A stretch of DNA of 55,563 nt, counting the filler, from Bipalium vagum (taxonomy: Eukaryota): the NCBI GenBank assembly GCA_037834085.1. It is 3 parts of 3 records of this genome, joined end to end, with 100 filler letters (N's around TTAATTAATTAA, not from the genome) between each part and the next. Parts side by side here need not be neighbours in the genome. Positions count along the whole stretch, not along the records: positions 1 to 16,237 come from JBBMKC010121159.1; positions 16,338 to 32,119 come from JBBMKC010146019.1; 1 more part is not named here. One strand, written 5' to 3'. The notes under the pieces are model-generated. The model was given only the letters and a program-made list of their open reading frames with translations, was not told the DNA's origin and searched no databases. Made by a program: the position numbers and the translations under genes. Shown here piece after piece: positions 14,000 to 26,170 of the stretch; within the stretch, counting starts at the first letter, position 1, and each line of letters begins with the position of its first letter.

Positions 14000-15123
14000 G
14001 GTTAACCTGCAGTTTATGTGAGTTTAAAAAATTGTACAAATAAATAAACAATTACTTTTAATTATAAATAGTTTATGTTTTATATAAATATATATTTTAG
14101 TTCAACTTGGAAAAACCATCTATATTCTTGAGCCAGATAAGATTATTTCAATTGAAGAAAAAAATGTAATATGGAATACTGAATTCTTGGTAGCAGAATT
14201 AAAGGACGCGGACGCTTGTCTTATTTGGTTAGCCAAACGTTGTTTAATAAAGAATAATGTCCAATGTGACATGTTGTAAACCATGCCATATTAACGTGCA
14301 CTCCAATAGTATCGAAGGTAAGAGGTGGTTCTGTGCTACATGTAAAACCCGGAAATCAATTAGATATGGCTCATTTTTATCAAAAAGCCATTTAACTATG
14401 AAGAAAATCATCGTCATGATTTATGTTTAGGCTCTAGATCTTCTTCAAAGTATTATGAAACGCGAGGCTAATGTCATAGAAAACTAAATCGTTGTTGATT
14501 GGATCAACTTTATGCGCGATAAGTGCGAGGTGCAGCTAGAAAACAGTACGGAAGACGTCGGTGGTATATATGACAATGGTTTGCCAAGTGTTGGAAATAG
14601 ACAACACTAAATATTTCCATCGGAAATATCATCGAGGCCAGTGGAAAGAACAATGGCATTGAACGTGAATCGGGAAAGTGCTTCCTTATCGACGTCCCCG
14701 GTCAAACTAAAGTTACCTTGGTTCCTTTGATTAGGAGATATATAATCCCTGGAACACACATTATGTCTGATGATTGGCCTGTGTATAAAAATATTCCAAA
14801 GATCGGCGAAAGATATATATGTACACAGTATTGTGGTGCACCAGCATTATTTGCTAGTGACATCCACACAGAAAATGTTGAGAATGTATATGCACGCTAA
14901 ACGTAAAATTCCCGCCCGTTCTGTACATCGAATAAAATATTTCCTTCATACCTACACGAATTTCATTTTCGCAATAGGTTCCTCAAGACTGACATATTCG
15001 TGACTTTCCTAAATATATTAGTTGTAAACTAACATGTATAAATGTAAAAACATTAAATTTTTTATTTTACTTAGTAGTTAAATTAAAATTTTGTTTTAAA
15101 CGCACCTAAGCTGCAGGATAACC
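14000..15123 (+). mobile_element. Near full-length defective Merlin DNA transposon with ~30-bp TIRs
   Basis: Left TIR GGTTAACCTGCAGTTTATGTGAGTTTAAAA versus reverse complement of the right end GGTTATCCTGCAGCTTAGGTGCGTTTAAAA. Broken transposase shows EIDNTKYFHRKYHRG, IRRYIIPGTHIMSDDWPVY, HTENVEN and YLHEFHFRNRF. The 8-bp flanks GTAAAATC/AATTAATC match only partly. Confidence 0.9.
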
Positions 15124-16237
15124 AATTAATCTTATAATTGAGAAACTTAAAATATCAAAAGTTCAGCAGTTGCACCGAAAGAATTATTAAAAAATTAAAC
15201 CTGCAAAAATGTAAAAATAGCATATTTACATCTAATTATAGTAAGAATTTAATTAAAATAACATATATTATTCGCGTTTGATAAGATTTGAAATTACATG
15301 TAAACCTTTAATAACATTAATGTAAAAGATTAAATTATCAAAATATAAGAGAAATTATATTTGAAAATTTTTGAAGATTTGATATATATTTAAAAATATT
15401 ATTACTATAGAGAAAACTAAAATATTTTTAACTATTAAAACTTATTCTTACCCAAAACCAGTAAATTTCCATTTTAAAACGCTTATGCATAACTTTTGAA
15501 TGTCAGAAATATAAATAATAAGAATCATTTAAACAAATCAGTCTTGAATTCTATTAATTAAATTTGGTTCAGTATATATTATTTTTATATCAAAGTATGT
15601 ATAGCATATATTATTTTAAATTTATCTGAAATTAATTTTAATATTATAAAAATAATATTAATCTTAAAATTTTAAATTCAGTAGGATTACATTAATGTAA
15701 ATGTAAAATTTCGGACAATGTTTTTTTACCTATTGAAATATTTTAGGTCAAATTATACACATTGGGTGATGAGCAGGTCATTTTTCACACATTTGAAAGA
15801 ATAGATCATAATATATTGTAAAGAAAATATTTCAAAGCTTAAAATATTTTGATATAATTCAATTAAAAAAAGTTTTTATTTCAAAATATTACACGTTTTT
15901 TAAATTTTGGTGTCATTTAAATATATAAACTATTTTAAGAATAAATTAATTTTTAAAGTAAAATCTATATGTATGTAAGCGTTTGCTTCTACGCTTACTG
16001 AGAGATCTAATCTCGAAAATATAAAAATGCTAACTCTATTGATTTAGGTTAGAACTGGGCTCACCAACTACGTCAAAGGTAGTGTAACTGTGGAGACTAC
16101 GACCAAACAAAGCTTCAACCTCGACAATAGCAACGACATCAAAGACGAGTAATCCCGCAAATCCAAAACTTTAACTTTGTGATCATCCATAAACTTTATT
16201 TAACTTTGTGATCATCATCCTTCGTATATGTGCATGT

Positions 16238-16337
16238 NNNNNNNNNNNNNNNNNNNNNNNNNNNNNNNNNNNNNNNNNNNNTTAATTAATTAANNNNNNN
16301 NNNNNNNNNNNNNNNNNNNNNNNNNNNNNNNNNNNNN
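16238..16337. other. Assembly gap with artificial TTAATTAATTAA six-frame stop linker
   Basis: 44 N + TTAATTAATTAA + 44 N. Confidence 0.97.
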
Positions 16338-17149
16338 ACATTATTTATAATAATTTATAATTAATATATATATATATATACCATAAATTTTAAAATATTT
16401 TTCGAAATATTATATTATTTTATATTGTATTAGTCAGCTTCAATTATTTTTGTTATTACTAATGAAAATCCCCGATAGTTTAACAATTTTCAGAAATATC
16501 CAAATAATTTTTGTTTTTATGAACAAAAATTAAAATGAATCAATTTATCATAAATTTTAATTAAAATCGGAACAATTTATTGCTGCTTTATAAATTTTTT
16601 TTAATAAATATTTCAGATACCAAACATATTTTTATCATTATTGGATTGTTTCATTGATGGATTGTTTTGAGATTATAATAGTGAGAAAAAATTGAAAAAA
16701 AAATTATCTGGAAAAATTTTCTTCAAACACAACTTTAAAAAAAAACAAAAAATATCGACTGAAAGAGTGATTAACACTTTTGATTATAAAAGTGATTTAT
16801 TTATTTATTTATTTATGCAAAATAATAATCAATAAATAACGAAAAACAGCGTGATACCCGACAGTCATTCAAAGGGGAAATATGCAAGATAATTATTTCA
16901 TACTTTTATAATTAAAGGGAATAATTTGTAAGATATATTTTGCCACGATTTAATTTCAGCTGTTTTTTTATTATTGTTGTCTTGATATTTTTTTATTTTG
17001 TGGGGGAAAATTTTTTGTATTTTAATTATTTTATTTTATTTTCGTATTATTTGTCTCGCGATATTTTTTTAACGTACAATGCTTTTCTTTATTAGATTAT
17101 TTTGTTTTAATCATTTACTCTGAATATGAATTTTCTAAATATTGTAAGA

Positions 17150-18480
17150 ACTTATGATAATCGTGCTAGCGCGTTTTTCCATGATTTTATGGATTTCAAA
17201 CCTTCTTTATCCTAATACCCCTTCGGCTGTTATAATAAAGGTTCTCAAGGTCATAACTCTATATTCTTCACAGTTCGGTTTTGGTATCGTCAGGTGGAAT
17301 CTGATATTTTTTATCATTTGTTTCACTATTACTTCTGACTGAGACCTCTGATTCAAAGAGGTTTTTTGTCGATAACTCTGTGTTTTTAGTCTCATGCTGA
17401 ATACTTGGATATCCAGAATAAGGTTTCGATATAAAAAAATTTTATTTCAACGTATATTTCCTTTAAGGTTTTCAATTTCGAAGACAGAATAAATAGAATA
17501 TTGCTTACATCACCATGCCTTTTCTAACTTAATACATTATGAATTTCCAACTACATAGGACGTGTAGAGTGGTGTCCTCTTTCTCGCCAGTTTTTCTGTA
17601 GTGTCAGGTTTTTCAGGGTTTAATTCGTCGACAAATCATTGAAACAATACTTCTACATAAGAACCATTCATGTGTACTGAAGAGGTTTCCGCTCATCAAT
17701 TTTTTTGGTTAGAAGGCGATTAAAAATATTTGTTTTCGCCAGTTTTCCTGCGCAGCAGTGATTAGTCAAATTCTCAAACAATTTTTGTGTAAGAGTGGAC
17801 AGCAGGTGGGTTTTTTTTATTATAATTATTGTTTTATTCTTTTCTTTGATAATTGAGATGATTCCTTCTTGTTGTTCAGTTGGTATTCTAACTTGTTGCT
17901 ATTATACTTTTTAAAATATTGTAAACTCATAGTAATTTTGGACCATCGGGTTCTTTCATGCGCCTCATTGCCTTCTTTATTATACAGTTCATCCTCATCA
18001 GTAGAGAAATCCAAGACTAGTTTCAGAGTTTGCCTGTTTAATGTTCTTTACATCCTATGTTTAAACAGCTAACTGGTTTAAGTATTCATTGAATGCTGAA
18101 ATACAGTTTACATCAGCATATTCTACTGGGCAGTATACGAATCAAATTGGGACAGCTCGATTGAAGTAGCAGTTCCGCAAAGGCTTTTTATAATTTGCAC
18201 CTTTACATTTGATTGTTCTTTCGGAGCATTTTATAGGAGTCACCGTATTTTATAGTTGCGGAAATCAAAGAGGAACTTTAAGTGAAGGAATATTTTATAA
18301 GCTTTTACCGACCTACCATGGTATAGCTCACTCTTATACGCCTTTCGCATTATATTCAACACTGAATCATAAGTTTAATGAAGATTTTGATAGATTTTCA
18401 ACCTCCTATTTATACCCAATTCTATTCCATTCTTTAACCTAGATATTTAGTACAGGATAGACGCTGTTGTTGACGGTTCA
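17150..18480 (-). mobile_element. Possible heavily decayed non-LTR retrotransposon ORF1 (gag-like) region
   Basis: Strand-asymmetric, slightly GC-richer segment with knuckle-like remnants on the minus strand (IKYGDSYK; KCKGANY; FNRAVP/CP). Many stops. Confidence 0.3.
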
Positions 18481-19373
18481 CCATTTATTGGAGATTTCTA
18501 ATGACATTGGGTACGATATCTAATTTACCTGCATACTTAATTTCTATAAATTTTGTTCGAAGAAACTTTAAATATATTTCTGAAGTAACATGGTCACCAT
18601 TATTATTAAATATAGTCAGCCAATTATCCACCCAGCATCTTATTCTTATTCAAAGAACCAGGTGTATTTAGAGGCAATAAATAATTACATTTTTTATCTC
18701 ATCCAAAAGAAATTCTGCAAAGATCTATACATACTGAGATTTGTTAAACCAGTCTCTGAGCTATGTGAGGTGAGTTAATACTTCTTATCTTAAATCTTTA
18801 ACTTTCTCAGATATGATTCTTGAGACTCTGTTGATTAAAGAATTTTTCGTGTAATTTTTCAAACTTCTTTCAGTATTTGGAATCAATTTTTTAATTTCAT
18901 AAAAGCACTTCTTATTAGATTATTCTATGTTATAGTCTATAACAATTCCACCAAATGGAGATGTAGCTTTCTTATCATGAAGATCTGGCTTTGTTGTTGG
19001 GTTAGAGAACTGATCTGCAAAAACCCATTGTTTTTCAATTGGGATTGGGAAATAGAATGCATTTTTCACCCCCAGTTACACTACATTTCATTCAAAATTT
19101 ATTTCGAAAACCAAAGATTTAAAATTCAAAGTTTCCAATCACGTTGTTAATAATAGAAAACAAGAAACGCTAGATCATTTTTTTTAAATAAGTTTGATTT
19201 TTAAAAAAATATGTTTATAACCGATCTTGCTTTTTTTTTTCATTTTTACACAATCACTTTAATATGTATTTGTAATCGGAAGGTGATTGTAAAAAATTAA
19301 TTCGGATTAACAAGGTCTGGCACTATGTAAATGGAAATCAATAAATCAGAACACTGGTAAATAAATAAATTTA

Positions 19374-19916
19374 CCATAGATACTCAAATATAAGTCCACC
19401 TCGTGTATAAGTCGAGAGGGAAAATGGGAAATTCTGTGAAAAACCGTATGACTCTTATATAAGTCGAGGTAAAAATATATGTCTGGGTAGTTTCCTCTTT
19501 CGTAAATTTGAAAAATAACATAAAATAACAAGAAAAAAATGTCAATCTTTCGATACTTTATTGCAAAATATTCATGATAATATTTATATATTTTTATTTA
19601 CAAACATGGTATCATAGGTAACATTTATTCAAAACCGAGTCTGATTGAAGAAGTTGCAATGTCTGCTCATTAGTCATATTTATATTAGTCAAATTTGAAA
19701 TAAATTTATCATGCGTAGCACTGTGATGCTGAGAAAAACTGGAAAAAAACGAAACATAAATCATAACCAGTATTCAATTATGAACACAACGTGTTACATT
19801 GTATAAATACAGCCATTACATTGATTAAAACTGCTATGACTGTTATATAAGTCGACCCCATTTTTTTCATCAAATTTTATAGAAAAAAACCTCGACTTAT
19901 ATTCGAGTATCTACGA
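19374..19916. mobile_element. Tc2/pogo-type non-autonomous element (MITE, ~543 bp)
   Basis: TA-flanked TIRs CCATAGATACTCAAATATAAGTCCACC / CCTCGACTTATATTCGAGTATCTACGA. Internal TATAAGTCGA subrepeats at ~19406, ~19458 and ~19846. Confidence 0.85.
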
Positions 19917-20049
19917 TAAAATATTTATTAAAATATTAAAACATTCTTCAAATATTAACAAATTGAACAAGTATATTTGAAGATTCATGATTCAGAGAAG
20001 AAATGTGTTAATAATAAAGATAACTCAAAGAAAATAGAATTGCTTCATT

Positions 20050-20580
20050 ATTTTCAATTTGGAAATATTAATAAGTGAATATATGGACCGACAACAAAAA
20101 TGGTACGTATCTGTCACCGTCGTGAAGAATTTCGAAATACGTGAGTGATTTCGTAAAGTTGCTTGCAACAATAATCAGATATTTTCTTATTGATAAAAAC
20201 GAAATTTTTTGTCGATCCCTACATTTAGGTAATGTTAAATATTATCATTAACCAAAATTTATTTCACCAATTTATATATTCAATATATAGATTGCTCCTT
20301 TAGTATTCTAAAGATTTAAATTACATTATCATATATTTGGATCTCTTAAAATTAATGTATCAAAGACTGATTCAGACAAATAAAGAAAGTTATTTAAATA
20401 ACCGATACTTGATTTCACGTAAGGACACCATACCAGTGCACTCCAACTGCTCAACGGTATACAGCAGCTTGAGAAATGGCAAATGGCCATCAGCGGGACT
20501 TGGATTGAAATCAGTTGTGTTTAAAAAATTGCGTTAAAATCAAATAAAGTGTATTGTCTTAGATGCGTCGATAAGGATGA
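20050..20580 (+). mobile_element. Degenerate Tc1-like transposase fragment
   Basis: DTIPVH..KWPSAGLGLKSV resembles DNAPxH..WPSQSPDLNPIE. Confidence 0.4.
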
Positions 20581-22329
20581 TGGGATGAAGACAACCTTTA
20601 GTAAAGTACTTAGATCTGCTTGTTGCTTTATAATTTGATATGCGAACTTTTAAAAAAATTATAAAAATTGCCTTTATTTTAATATTTTCCTTTTTTATAT
20701 ATGATCTTAAAATTCTCTATCTTTTATATAACTCAAATTAAAAAATTATATTCCCTTCAAGATTTGAATATATCTTTTTAATTTTTCGAAACTCAAGCAA
20801 AAATCATTTGATGACTGTGGCAAATTAAAATTATGGTCACTCTTGACCCCCTACAATGTAAACCAAATATAAATTTTTAATTTCGTCAGAAATTTGGAAT
20901 TGTTACTGATGACTTTTGCAAAGGAATCTCTCCAAAGAAATAGAATCGCTAAAAATGATAAACTGACTTATGACCAAATAATAATACAAAAACTACTTTT
21001 ACTTTTCGCATACACGGCCAAAACTTCAATCACTTTGTAAATTTCCTTTCAAATGACTGAGATCTTTAATCATTTTCAACAATCACAGAGATAAACCATC
21101 TAGATCTCTTCAATAGCCTAATTGATAGTTGCAGGTTGTTCATTAATGGTAAAAAATAAGAAAAAGAATAGCTCAATATTATCTTTTTATGATATTGAAT
21201 AAAAGTCACTTTTTGATTTTATTTTTCAGCAATTATTTATTCTATTATGTCTCAGGAGACGGTCATCAATTTTCATAAAATTTATGTGAAAAATATCAAT
21301 AATAGTTGTGATCATAATGAGACCTTTGAATTTTGAATTGAGGAGATAATTGTCAGAATAAAATTTACATCAATTAAACAAACAATCCAAATTTTGACAT
21401 AATTTTATTATTGATATTTATAGTTTTGTGTCTATGAATTACCCCTGTTATCATTGTCAGTTTCAGATAGGATAATTTTTTTAACGTAAAATTCATTGGA
21501 GAAGTCATTTCAACTATCATTTTTCAGCTACTCAAAATTTTGAGAAATTGGACTGATTAAGTACCTTTTGAACACTATCATTATTTTCTTCTACTTATTC
21601 CAATGCTCTTTTGAAAGACACATCTCGAGCATTTGATTTACACGCGTATTTAATAAGTTAAATTTTTTTATTTAAATATATTTTAAAAATAATATTATTT
21701 TTATTAATTTGTTTTTCCTTATTTGATAATTCCCTTCTTTCTTTTAAAAGCCAATCGGTTTTTGGAAAGGTTGGTTATCCTTTTGTTTATTATTTAAAGG
21801 ATAAAACTTTATTTAAAATTTATAGTGGAGATTTCTTTGTTGTTATTATAAAAAAAATCATCGTCGACTTATGATCACAAAAAAAGGTTCAGCCCAAATG
21901 TTTTAAATGAAAAATACAAAATTTATTTATTAAACCTAGATTTCGTTAGTCACAAGTTTAAATATATGAAAATAATTTTAAATATTAGGATTATTCACGC
22001 AAAATGGTGGACGAGGGACTTTAAATAAATTTATGTGTAATCATTATTATAAATATATTTTTTGTTTAAATAGCCCAATATATGTTAGTTTATTCGAGTA
22101 TAATTTAAATAAGTTTTAATTTTAGACTAGTAGAAAAATGGAAAAATCAATTATTCATGAAAACAGCGCTTTGATTTTAAATTTTTTAATTTTAAAAAGA
22201 TACAATGCGGATATCATTTAAATATAGTTTACACTATTTAATATAAGGACTTAGCTAAAATGTTCTCTGTGGAAGATATACAAATATGTTACTAGAGTGA
22301 TGTAAAAGTTTTTGTTCAAAATTAAATAT

Positions 22330-22620
22330 TTATTTTTGTAAAACAATAACACTACTCTTCAACATAAGGTCGGTCAGCTTCAATGATTTTATGCCACCGA
22401 TCCGCTGGCATTCTAATCTGGTCAAAGTACCAATTTCTTTGTTTTGATTCGAAAAACTCTTTACAAGCCACCTCAATTTTTTGAGCACGAACTTTTGTAT
22501 CACCATAGAATATAACCGGATATATGATTTTGTCCAATGAATTTTCATTTTTTCTTGTTTATATGTCTCATTGGGTTGAAACATCATCACAATTTTTTCA
22601 AGAATAGTACTTTAATTCTG
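22330..22620 (-). mobile_element. Mariner 3' fragment
   Basis: KIEVACKEFFESKQRNWYFDQIRMPADRWHKIIEADRPYVEE* is a typical mariner C-terminus. Confidence 0.85.
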
Positions 22621-23920
22621 AATAATTCTCATGAAATACTAAAAATTTTTTCCCTTCACTATTAAGATAAAATAATACCTTATTATATTTTATTTGTTGT
22701 TTTTCCCAGTTTATTTTACTTTAGGAGATATTTCTAATGTATGAGATTAACTACAGTGCCAATTTATAGGTATTAATATAAAACTCAAAAAAAAATTTTT
22801 TAGAAGTTTATTTATTAATTTCTCGGTTATTTTATGTTTCTTAGGTCTTTAAATTGATTTGAAATTTATTTTTTAATAAAAAAACTTTATTTTTCGATTT
22901 TATTAAATTATGTTTTTGGAAATTTTATTCCGTAAATAGTTAAGTAATTTTATGAGATTGTTTAGGATATTATTTTTTCCCTATTACGAGACTCGTGTTA
23001 ATTAAAATTTAAAAATAATTGAAATTTGGCTCTCTTTAGATGTAGGAAATTAGTTATTGAATTTTTTCTTAACTCAATTAAACAATTTCTGAGAAAAATT
23101 ATTTGCAAAATCCTTTCGAAATTGTTTTCAATTCAATATAAATTTTTTTTCTAATTTTGAGGAGAATAAATGGATATAGGATGGATAAAACTGGCATGAT
23201 AAATAATTGGAACTAGATTACCCGTTAATTATTTTTGAAAATTAATTTTATTCAATTATTATTTTTAATATTTGATAGTAATTTTGAAAAATATTCTACT
23301 GAAAACACAAATTAAATTAGCCCTGATTTTTATTATTGACTGTTCATATAATAATATAAATAATTTAAAAATTAATTAAACTTATCAAACAAGTTCAGTC
23401 AATTTTTATGTTTATTTAATATCAATTTTCGAATCTCTGTTATTTACTTTTTTTTAAAAATTGATATATTTTAGAATTTTAAAACAAAATTTTTTAATAT
23501 TTAGACTTTGCTAAAATAATTTTTATTTTTAATGAAAATTTTAATGCCTAATAATTAATTACACAATTAATTAAATATTTTTCATAATTTTTATATAATT
23601 CTCAAATATTCCTTTAAACGTATAAATAAAAAACCTAAGATTAATAAAACATTATACATACATTATATATACATAAAACATAGTGAATATTTTGACAAAT
23701 AAATAATTTCAGAAAATATGCAAATAACTTTATTTCAGTTTTATGTTGTTTACAAACCATGAGATATTTGGAACATGTATTTCATGTATAAACAACCATT
23801 AAAAGGAAAAAGTATCAACTTTTCAAAAAGCTACATAATATATAAGAATAAAAGAAAATTTCAAACTTCATTAGCGATCATATAGAGCAGCTGCCTAATT
23901 ATAATTAAATCAACACACTA

Positions 23921-25152
23921 CTATGTTCACAAAGTAAGGTGAATGTCAAAATAAAGCACATTGTAATTTTTTAATCCCAGAATTTATTTTGTCTCCTTCA
24001 AAGTACTGTCTGCCGGTCATGATACACATGAGCCAACGTTTAATCAAAATCAGAAAGCACTTTTCATAAGTTCATCTTTCGATTTTTGTTTTATTGAATC
24101 AACCAAATCCAATCTGGTTCCTCGAAGTTGTTTCTTTAATCGATTGAACAAAAAATCTCACAAGGTGATATCTTTAGAGTATGGTGCATGCAAAATAACA
24201 TTTTTTGAATTTTTGATAAAAACTGACGGATGATAATTGCATTGTGAGAAGGGACATTGTAGTGGAGTAAAAACCATGAATTCTCTGACCACAAATCTGG
24301 TCTTTTTTAATGAATCGCTTCACGTAAAAGACACAAAACTTGGAAATAATAATTTTATTTACCGTACAACCTTCTGCAAGAAATTGATGATGAACTACAC
24401 CGCGATAATCCTTAAAAACCGTTAACAGTCTTGATTTTTTAAGTCTTGGTTCATCCAGAGTTAGCCATTCACTGGACTGTTGCTTTGTCACCATATCAAG
24501 TTGGCAACCCTATGCCTCGTCACCAGTAATAATACGCTTCATGAATGTTAGATCATTTTCTATTTGCTTCAGTATCTCTTTAACAACATCAATTAAATGT
24601 TGTTTTACAAAAAATCTAGTGATTTTGGTACCAGCTTTGCTGACAAACGTTTTAGGCTCAATGCGTAACTGAAAATAGCATCTACTGAACCTATGGATAT
24701 ATCTACATCATCCACAAGCTCTCTTAATGAGAAATGACTATTTTTCATAACTTTTTCATTGATTGTTTGAACATTTCATTTTGATATCGATGTTGATGGA
24801 CGACCAGAACAAGCTTCATCTTTTATATTTTTTATTTATACATTTTCAATATATTTTTTCTGAATAAACATTGATCACCAAATACTGTCTGCATCATTTA
24901 AAAAGTTTTCATAGCATTGATTTCATTTGTGAAGCTTCTTTGCTCTGTAATGGACATTTTTGAAAATCGTTGAATTACTTGATGTAAAAGAGAACAACTG
25001 TCTTAGTTGTTATTTGATATATCAAAATGAAATTCATCAAAAATATAGGTGACTGTTGAACAAATATACAGTTTTGTATAAATAAGAGTTTTTTGAACTC
25101 CAACTTTTGTCTGAGCTTCTCATTTATAAGTCATCTTACTTCTTGAACATAG
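23921..25152 (-). mobile_element. Full-length defective mariner (~1232 bp) with TIRs and TA TSD
   Basis: TA|CTATGTTCACAAAGTAAGGTGA on the left versus TCATCTTACTTCTTGAACATAG|TA on the right. The frameshifted transposase shows DEACSGRPSTS, KLVPK, RIITGDE, TKQQSSEW and DYRGVVHHQFL. Confidence 0.9.
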
Positions 25153-25489
25153 TAATACATAATAATCAAAGCGAATTGACACATCACAAAAGATTACATT
25201 GTAACGAACCTCATACTTTATATAAACCCTTAAAACCGTTTAAAACAAACTAAAATGGTTTGCAAAAGTTTAAGGTACCTTATAAAATTTTAATTATTCC
25301 TTAAGTTTTATTTAATTTGATACAAAAAATCAATTTTAAGATTAATGGAACTTTATTATATTGTGTTTCAGAAAAAATTGGCAGACATGAATATGGAAAA
25401 ATATATATAGAAACTAAATTAAAATATTTTAAAGTTATATTTATTACAATACAGTATTTAACAATACAAATTCGAAAGATACAAGCAGA

Positions 25490-26000
25490 AATCAATTTCC
25501 ACACTAAAATAACCAAACGTTCGATTTCAGTTTGCCAATGAGTGTCTGCATATCCGCTTGGTTGATGTTATTTGATTGATTGCGCTATTTATGCCTAAAC
25601 TCTTTAAGGTTGTTTGTTTTAAAATATTTCTTTTAATCTTATATATTTTGTATTGGCCCAATAGCACTCGATCAGAAGTAATTCCGGACAATTTGGTGGA
25701 TTGGATTCTTTTGGAAATACATCGATGCTGTTCTTGCTGTAGAATTCTTGAGCGTGTATACTGTAATGGAAATTTGCCAAATCTTTCCAAAATAATACTA
25801 ATAAATAATAATAATAATAATTTAATTTTTCGACCACATGAACATATTGCTTGTCACCAAATATTTTAAAGGGAACTTTGATACTTTTTTATTTTTATAT
25901 TTTGGTCCTATGGATCCTTTTTCAGTCGCAACATAAAATTCCTGTGTTTGATTGAAGTGAACGATGCAGTATGTTTAGTCATCCAAAATACAGCATTCAA
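25490..26000 (-). mobile_element. IS630-Tc1-mariner DD37E-like transposase remnant immediately upstream of PMS1
   Basis: CCILDD*TY..EFYVATEKG..KFPLKYLV*QAICSCGRK and VLFWKDLANFHY..FPKESNPPNCPELLLIECYWA match recalled ITmD37E-type motifs. Confidence 0.8.
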
Positions 26001-26170
26001 ATTTTGTTAAAAAATCAGCATATAACTTTTAGCTTTTATAACTTTTAATATATAATTTTTATTTTTAAAACTTTATTTAATTTTAATTAAATTTAAAATA
26101 ATTTAGATTTTGTTTAAATATTTATTTCAGTGTTAATTTTAAAATTACATATTTTTAAAATTCAATTTTT

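Noticed and set aside
16171-16220. Short tandem duplications (also ~54338-54372)
   Set aside because: Two-copy slippage duplications, one of them at a contig end.
16282-16293. Palindromic TTAATTAATTAA within N runs (also 32164-32175)
   Set aside because: An artificial scaffolding linker, identical in both gaps.
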